Below are positions 58,584-64,000 of a DNA stretch of 64,000 bases, piece after piece. The notes beneath the pieces are model-generated. The model saw only the letters and a list, made by a program, of their open reading frames with translations, was not told the DNA's origin and searched no databases. The translations under genes and the position numbers were made by a program. This stretch comes from Eisenibacter elegans DSM 3317 (GTDB taxonomy: Bacteria > Bacteroidota > Bacteroidia > Cytophagales > Microscillaceae), in the NCBI RefSeq assembly GCF_000430505.1, contig NZ_AUMD01000021.1, forward strand, positions 64,001-128,000, read 5' to 3'. Every line of letters starts with the position of its first letter. Within the stretch, counting starts at the first letter, position 1.

Positions 58584-59413
58584 CCCAAGGGGTCTAAGTC
58601 TACCGACTGTATGCTAGGAACGTGGCCTAGGGGCAATAATTGCCATTGTTCCAAAAAAAGGGCAAGCCCCTGGGCGCTCCCTGTAGTCAAGAACCGGTAT
58701 TGCGGGAGTGTTGTTGAGGAGGTGGCCAGATTTTGGGTGTGGAGGCATTGTTGCGTTCGCTTGGCGACCGCCCCGGCGGGGTCGATGATTTGTACGGGCT
58801 GAGTGCCGATGATACGCTCCAAGAGAGGCATCAGGAAGGGGTAATGTGTACAGCCCAAAACCAACTGATCGATGCCGGCGGCCAACATCGGCTCGACATA
58901 GCGGCGGAGCAAGGCTTCGGCCTCGGGTGTGTGGAGGTGGCCTTGTTCTACGATTTCGACCAGGCCTTCGCCTACTTGGGTATGGACGGTGATATGCTGA
59001 GCATAAGCTTGCAGGGTTTGGTGGAAGTGCCGCCCTTTCAGCGTGCCGGCGGTGGCCAACACCCCAATATGACCGCTACGGGTTTGGAGGGCAGCAGGCT
59101 TGACCGCCGGCTCCATCCCCACAAACTGTACCTGTGGGTATTGCTGCCGCAAGGCCGTAATGGCCGCCGCCGTAGCCGTGTTGCAAGCTACTACAATGAG
59201 CTTGGCTCCCTGTGAGAGTAGGGTTTCGGTCAGCTGCCGGGAGAGTTGTACAATCTCTTCAGCCGGGCGTGTGCCATAGGGGCAGTGGGCACTATCGGCC
59301 ATATAGATAAAAGACTCTTGGGGCAATAGGGCGGCTAAATGTCGCCAAACCGACAGCCCGCCCAACCCTGAATCAAACACCCCAATGGGGCCTTGTGAAT
59401 GAAGCATCTCCAT
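58559..59413 (-). CDS. murI: Glutamate racemase.
   Basis: It has VFDSGLGGLSV and IVVACNTA and is 284 aa. Confidence 0.9.
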   Translation of the reverse strand: MEMLHSQGPIGVFDSGLGGLSVWRHLAALLPQESFIYMADSAHCPYGTRPAEEIVQLSRQLTETLLSQGAKLIVVACNTATAAAITALRQQYPQVQFVGMEPAVKPAALQTRSGHIGVLATAGTLKGRHFHQTLQAYAQHITVHTQVGEGLVEIVEQGHLHTPEAEALLRRYVEPMLAAGIDQLVLGCTHYPFLMPLLERIIGTQPVQIIDPAGAVAKRTQQCLHTQNLATSSTTLPQYRFLTTGSAQGLALFLEQWQLLPLGHVPSIQSVDLDPLGYTKIHKI

Positions 59414-59617
59414 AAAGCAAATGAGCTAGGCAACAAAGGTACACAAGGTGGGATAAAAGGCAGGGCTTTTGCCCCAAAAATGAAGTGAGACACGCACAAG
59501 CCCAAAAGCTCGGATTTTGACTGTTACGCAGTATTTCGGTACGGAAGCCCTGACATTGATTGTTAAATCTGCTTTTTTGCTGTATTTTTACAAGGCCGAA
59601 TATCCCTCCATTATTGA

Positions 59618-61126
59618 ATGAAACTATTTACTGCCGCCCAAATACGCACCTGGGATGCGTATACCATAACACAAGAGCCTATTGCTTCTATCGCCTTGAT
59701 GGAGCGGGCTTCGGCGGCCTTGGTGCGTTGGTGGGTAACACACTACAACACGGCGAACCCGGTGTTGGTAGTAGCGGGGATGGGCAACAATGGCGGCGAC
59801 GGGCTGGCTGTGGCCCGAATGTTGCGCCAACGAGGGTATGCCGTATCGGTATGGATTGTCGCACACAGTGCGCAGGGTAGCCCCGACTGGCAAATCAATG
59901 CACGGCGCTGGCAGGAGCTTGATGCGCTTCACTGGGTATACCAAGTAACTGATTTACCAACACCTCCGCCTCACACCTTGCTAGTAGATGCCTTGCTAGG
60001 CTCCGGGCTGAACCGCCCCGCCGAGGGGCTGTTGGCTGATACCATCCGCTGGATGAACGAGAGCGGGCTGCCCATCATCTCGGTCGATATCGCCTCAGGA
60101 TTACAGGCCGAAGGACTGGGAAAAACAGCTGAGGCTATCATAAGACCACAACATACATTGACGCTGCAAACACCTAAATTGGCGATGTTATTGCCTGATA
60201 ATGAATTGTTTGTAGGCAAATGGCACTGCCTCGACATAGGGTTGCACCCTGAGTATAGTTGCCAAACAGAAAGCCCATATCATGTATTGACCGACGCGGA
60301 TATTGCTCCGTGGTGGCACAAACGGGCACTATTTTCGCACAAGGGTACTTATGGCCATGCACTGTTGATAGCAGGCAGCAAAGGCAAGATAGGCGCAGCG
60401 GCCTTGGCAGCGGAGGCCTGCCTCCGCGCAGGAGTTGGGTTGTTGACAGTACACCTGCCCGCTTGTGGCTTGTTACCCCTACAAACACAATTGCCAGAGG
60501 TAATGATTAGCCCTGATGAGGCCGAAGACTGTTGGCAACACCCTCCCGATACCCAAGTCTACAAGGCCATTGCCATAGGCCCAGGGTTGGGCCAAGCTGC
60601 TGAAACTTTAAACGCCTTGGAGGCGTTTCTGTCAAAACCGAACTTGCCACCGCTCGTGCTCGATGCCGATGCGCTGAATTTATTGGCACAAAAACCAACG
60701 CTCTTAACCCAATTACCACCCTACAGTATTTTGACCCCACACCCTAAGGAGTTTGAGCGCCTCGCAGGAAAAAGTACGGATAGTTTGGAACGACTCAACC
60801 GTTTGTGCTATTTTGCAAAAACATACCAAGCGATTGTACTACTCAAAGGCCGGCATACTGCCATTGCTACGCCCCAAGGGCAGCTTTGGTTCAACAACAC
60901 CGGCAACCCGGGAATGGCTACCGCCGGAAGCGGAGATGTGCTCACAGGTATCATTACGGCGCTTTTGGCACAGGGTTATTCCCCGATGAGGGCCGCCTGC
61001 TTAGGGGTTTATGTTCACGGAGCCGCAGGCGATGCCGCCGCACAACAACTAGGACAGGCTGCTTTGCTGGCTTCAGATATTATCAGCGCCACTGCTAGGG
61101 TATTTAAACAAGCATATAATGGATAA
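59618..61126 (+). CDS. nnr: Bifunctional NAD(P)H-hydrate repair enzyme Nnr (epimerase plus ADP-dependent dehydratase).
   Basis: It has a YjeF-N domain (VVAGMGNNGGDGL) and a YjeF-C domain (GSGDVLTG). Length is 502 aa. Confidence 0.9.
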   Translation: MKLFTAAQIRTWDAYTITQEPIASIALMERASAALVRWWVTHYNTANPVLVVAGMGNNGGDGLAVARMLRQRGYAVSVWIVAHSAQGSPDWQINARRWQELDALHWVYQVTDLPTPPPHTLLVDALLGSGLNRPAEGLLADTIRWMNESGLPIISVDIASGLQAEGLGKTAEAIIRPQHTLTLQTPKLAMLLPDNELFVGKWHCLDIGLHPEYSCQTESPYHVLTDADIAPWWHKRALFSHKGTYGHALLIAGSKGKIGAAALAAEACLRAGVGLLTVHLPACGLLPLQTQLPEVMISPDEAEDCWQHPPDTQVYKAIAIGPGLGQAAETLNALEAFLSKPNLPPLVLDADALNLLAQKPTLLTQLPPYSILTPHPKEFERLAGKSTDSLERLNRLCYFAKTYQAIVLLKGRHTAIATPQGQLWFNNTGNPGMATAGSGDVLTGIITALLAQGYSPMRAACLGVYVHGAAGDAAAQQLGQAALLASDIISATARVFKQAYNG

Positions 61127-61676
61127 CATTAGCATCAAAAAAACCATCGAGACCCCCGAAGTCTTGTTTGACTTCAACCAAGGGCTTTTTGAAATCAAAG
61201 GCGTATCTATCCCCGAAGATGCCGATGATTTTTATCGCCCATTGCTACAAGCACTCGAAATGTATATCGCTCAGTCTGAAAACGCAGATACACGCTTTCG
61301 ACTAGAGTTTAATTATTTCAATACCAATACTTCGGCTATTTTGATGAATATGCTCAAAATGCTAGAAGAATTTTACCTCAACGGCCATAGCGTCATGGTA
61401 GAGTGGCGCGCAGAGGAAGAAGATGAGGATATGTATGAACTGGGTGAGTATTTTAGCTCTTTGACCAAGCTGCCTTTTGAGCTAGTCGTAACGAATCTGC
61501 CCGACAACCTCAATGAGGATGAATTTTATCCTGACGACGATGAGGAGGAAGAAGACGTACGCTTTGTCTCTACAGTAGACACGGATAGTGAAATTGATTT
61601 GGAGGAAGATGAAGATGTTTTTGATGATGATGATGACCCAGATACACTCAACGACTCCCCCCTACCAAACGCCTAA
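61119..61676 (+). CDS. DUF1987 (SiaC-like) paralog with a long acidic C-terminal tail.
   Basis: It has MDNISIKKTIETPEVLFDFNQGLFEIKGVSIPEDADDFYRPLLQALEMY and FNYFNTNTS and aligns to the 18113-18490 protein. The C-terminal roughly 60 aa are rich in D and E. Its start overlaps the nnr stop by 8 nt. Confidence 0.65.
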   Translation: MDNISIKKTIETPEVLFDFNQGLFEIKGVSIPEDADDFYRPLLQALEMYIAQSENADTRFRLEFNYFNTNTSAILMNMLKMLEEFYLNGHSVMVEWRAEEEDEDMYELGEYFSSLTKLPFELVVTNLPDNLNEDEFYPDDDEEEEDVRFVSTVDTDSEIDLEEDEDVFDDDDDPDTLNDSPLPNA

Positions 61677-61701
61677 TATTCTCGATACAACACCATAACC
61701 A

Positions 61702-62487
61702 ATGCCCCCTTTAGCAACGCCACCCGACGCATCTTTAGCGCCCTTTGACCGCCTACTGGCGATTATGAACGACCTGCGCACACACTGCCCTTGGGACAAA
61801 GTCCAGACCAAGGAGAGTCTCCGCCGCTTGACCATCGAGGAGGCGTATGAGTTGTCTTCGGCTATTGTGGCCGATGACTGGGAGGAGGTCAAAAAAGAAT
61901 TGGGCGACCTGCTGTTACACATTGTTTTTTATGCCAAAATAGCTTCCGAAAGCCAAGGCTTTGGGATTGAGGAAGTCATCACACAACTGTGTGAGAAACT
62001 TGTACGCCGCCATCCACACATCTATGCGGAAGTCGAAGCCGGCGACGAAGGCCAAGTACGTCAACGCTGGGAAGCGCTCAAGCTCAAAGAAGGCAACCGC
62101 TCGGTGCTCAGTGGAGTGCCCGAAGCGCTACCCGCCCTCGTCAAAGCTTTCCGATTACAAGAAAAAGCCCGTGGAGTAGGTTTCGATTGGGATACCCCGG
62201 AGCAAGTCTGGGCCAAGGTCGAAGAAGAGGCCCGAGAGTTTGCCGAAGTACGACACGACCCCGACCAAGCCGAAGCCGAAATGGGCGACTGGCTCTTTGC
62301 ACTCATCAACTATGCCCGCTTTGCCAATATAGACCCCGAAGCGGCGCTCGAACGTACCAACCAAAAATTTATCCGACGTTTCCAATATCTTGAAACACAG
62401 GCGCAGGCCTTGGGCAAACAACTCCCTGATATGACCTTGGCCGAAATGGATGTTTTTTGGAATGAAGCCAAGGCCAAAGGCCTCTAA
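61702..62487 (+). CDS. mazG: Nucleoside triphosphate pyrophosphohydrolase MazG.
   Basis: It has two tandem MazG domains (EEAYEL, EELGDLLLHIVFYA, EFAE...EMGDWLFALINYAR) and is 261 aa. Confidence 0.85.
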   Translation: MPPLATPPDASLAPFDRLLAIMNDLRTHCPWDKVQTKESLRRLTIEEAYELSSAIVADDWEEVKKELGDLLLHIVFYAKIASESQGFGIEEVITQLCEKLVRRHPHIYAEVEAGDEGQVRQRWEALKLKEGNRSVLSGVPEALPALVKAFRLQEKARGVGFDWDTPEQVWAKVEEEAREFAEVRHDPDQAEAEMGDWLFALINYARFANIDPEAALERTNQKFIRRFQYLETQAQALGKQLPDMTLAEMDVFWNEAKAKGL

Positions 62488-62520
62488 AATAGCGCATCAC
62501 TAATACCTAATTTAATCTCA

Positions 62521-63543
62521 ATGAAAGTCTTTGTGCGGTTTATACTCAGCCTCCTGCTCGTCGGGATGCTGTCTGTTACTACTTTTTATTTTTGGGGAAG
62601 CGCCGGCAAGCTTTCAGAGGCCGAATTGACCCAGACTTATGTGTTGCCCAATGCACAAACACCCACCCAAAGCGACAGTCTGGTATTGGTCTCTTTCAAT
62701 ATTGGCTACCTTGCAGGGATGACCAACAACTTGCCACTTCCTCGTACTCAGGCTTTTGTAGATAGCAATATGCTGCACGTAAAGTCGATATTCAAGCACT
62801 TAAAGCCTGATGTGGTGGGGTATCAGGAGATAGATTATGGCGGTCGGAGGGCTTTTGATAACAACCAATCAGAGGTAATCGCCACACGGCTAGGCTTTGG
62901 CTACCGTGCCGACGCAGTCAATTGGGATAAAAACTATGTACCCTTCCCCTATGCGGTCAATCCGGCCTTGCATTTTGGCAGGGTGCTTTCCGGGCAAAGT
63001 GTACACAGTCGTTACCCGATTTTGTCACACAAGCGCATTGCTTTGCAGAAGGTCAAAAATGCACCCTTTTACTACAATGCCTTCTACCTTGACCGTTTGG
63101 CACAGGTAGTAGAGCTTCAATATGGGCGAGATACGCTGGTGTTGATTAATGTACACCTAGAGGCGTTTGACGGCCCTGCTCGCGAAGCTCAGACGGAAGA
63201 GTTGTTGAACATCTACCGCAGCTATCGCCCAGAGCAGCGTCCGGTGTTGCTCATCGGAGACTTCAATAGCAACGCGCCCACGGAAGCCTATCGACAAAGC
63301 GCTGACTATGAGAGAGTAATAGACCTTATCTTGGCAGAGCCTACATTGGCCTCGGCCTGTGTGCCGGAGCTTTTCAGCCAGCGCGAACAATGCACATACC
63401 CTGCCGATAAGCCGGATGTACACATTGACTATATTTTTTATAACCCAAAATTTTGGGAGCTGCGCCAATACCGGGTATTAAACGAAATGCAAACCGCCTC
63501 CGATCACCTACCCATTATGGCCATACTCAAACGCCTCCGGTAA
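62521..63543 (+). CDS. Endonuclease/exonuclease/phosphatase (EEP) family protein, membrane-anchored.
   Basis: It has an N-terminal TM helix and the EEP motifs VVGYQEID, LIGDFNS and SDHLPIMA. Confidence 0.8.
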   Translation: MKVFVRFILSLLLVGMLSVTTFYFWGSAGKLSEAELTQTYVLPNAQTPTQSDSLVLVSFNIGYLAGMTNNLPLPRTQAFVDSNMLHVKSIFKHLKPDVVGYQEIDYGGRRAFDNNQSEVIATRLGFGYRADAVNWDKNYVPFPYAVNPALHFGRVLSGQSVHSRYPILSHKRIALQKVKNAPFYYNAFYLDRLAQVVELQYGRDTLVLINVHLEAFDGPAREAQTEELLNIYRSYRPEQRPVLLIGDFNSNAPTEAYRQSADYERVIDLILAEPTLASACVPELFSQREQCTYPADKPDVHIDYIFYNPKFWELRQYRVLNEMQTASDHLPIMAILKRLR

Positions 63544-63548
63544 TTTTT

Positions 63549-63634
63549 ATACCTACCCAAAATTGGATTGGGAAATCTACGCATGGAGAATCCTTGATAA
63601 TCAAGGAAATCAAATCTTGTGAATCTTGGTATAA
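63549..63634 (+). repeat. Family-A intergenic repeat, full copy.
   Basis: The sequence is atacctacccaaaattggattgggaaatctacgcatggagaatccttgataatcaaggaaatcaaatcttgtgaatcttggtataa. It starts 6 bp after the EEP gene stop. Confidence 0.7.
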
Positions 63635-63804
63635 TAACCGGCATCGATGTCAAGAGGTATTGGAGAGTATCACAGGGTATTTTACCACACAAGCCGCATA
63701 TACGGGATAAAAGTCTGGGTTTTTTGTAATATTTTTGTATCATGCGAAGTATACCCCACTAGACAGTCATTGCATTGGACACAGCCCCAACCGACGAACA
63801 TTTG

Positions 63805-64000
63805 ATGCAGCAAGTTTGCCAAGGGCAAACCCAACAGCTTGGGTTGCTTTTTGAGCGTTATCATATACGCCTGTACAACTTTTATAGGCGTACCGTCAAC
63901 GATGAGGAATTATGTGAAGACTTAGTACAGACCGTATTTGAGCGCATTCTGAAATACAAGCATACCTACAAGCCCGAGGCGGCTTTTAAATCGTGGTTTT
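63805..64000 (+). CDS. ECF-family RNA polymerase sigma-70 factor; N-terminal part only, running off the window end.
   Basis: The translation MQQVCQGQTQQLGLLFERYHIRLYNFYRRTVNDEELCEDLVQTVFERILKYKHTYKPEAAFKSWF matches sigma-70 region 2 (DLVQ..F.....F..W). TTG at 63775 is an alternative start. Confidence 0.65.
   Translation, partial: MQQVCQGQTQQLGLLFERYHIRLYNFYRRTVNDEELCEDLVQTVFERILKYKHTYKPEAAFKSWF

Noticed and set aside
1-64000. CRISPR arrays, rRNA genes, prophage or integrase genes.
   Set aside because: No regularly spaced direct repeats with unique spacers were found, and there are no rRNA or phage structural or integrase signatures. The repeats found are dispersed single units, not arrays.

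Overview
This 64 kb window looks like chromosomal core from a Bacteroidota genome, at roughly 50% GC. The phylum call rests on a PorP/SprF type IX secretion gene, a SiaB-like kinase with DUF1987 (SiaC-like) partners, TAnnTTTG-like -7 promoter boxes, lipoprotein signals, and a 7TM-DISM sensor fused to a PP2C phosphatase. No phage, integrase or CRISPR was found.

The window is densely coding with housekeeping genes: ftsH, birA, rsfS, gltA, guaA, trpE-trpG with trpF about 25 kb away, pheA, proC, prs, murI, rny, zapA, nnr, mazG, ppiB, and an RND efflux operon (MFP-RND-OMF).

The most unusual sequence-level content is three families of small intergenic repeats.
- Family A is about 95 bp, has at least 11 copies (about one per 6 kb), sits almost always just 3' of a stop codon, and carries an internal 8-bp-stem palindrome with TATACC(C)AA-like termini.
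- Family B is 104-134 bp with about 14-bp terminal inverted repeats (MITE-like), present as 2 complete copies plus 1 partial.
- Family C is about 75 bp and occurs twice, immediately upstream of minus-strand genes.

Other notable items:
- A 28-codon leader ORF with tandem Trp codons plus an intrinsic terminator lies directly upstream of trpE (classical attenuator architecture), with a CAU-anticodon tRNA just before it.
- A SiaA/SiaB/SiaC-like partner-switch gene set is present with no linked diguanylate cyclase, so its output is unknown.
- The efflux membrane-fusion gene is frameshifted at a G4 tract.
- A degraded Rpn-family transposase remnant is present.
- An Fe-ADH plus DegT-aminotransferase pair resembles KdnB/KdnA (Kdo8N synthesis).
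- Two strongly AT-rich non-coding islands stand out, one carrying degenerate direct repeats upstream of the efflux operon.
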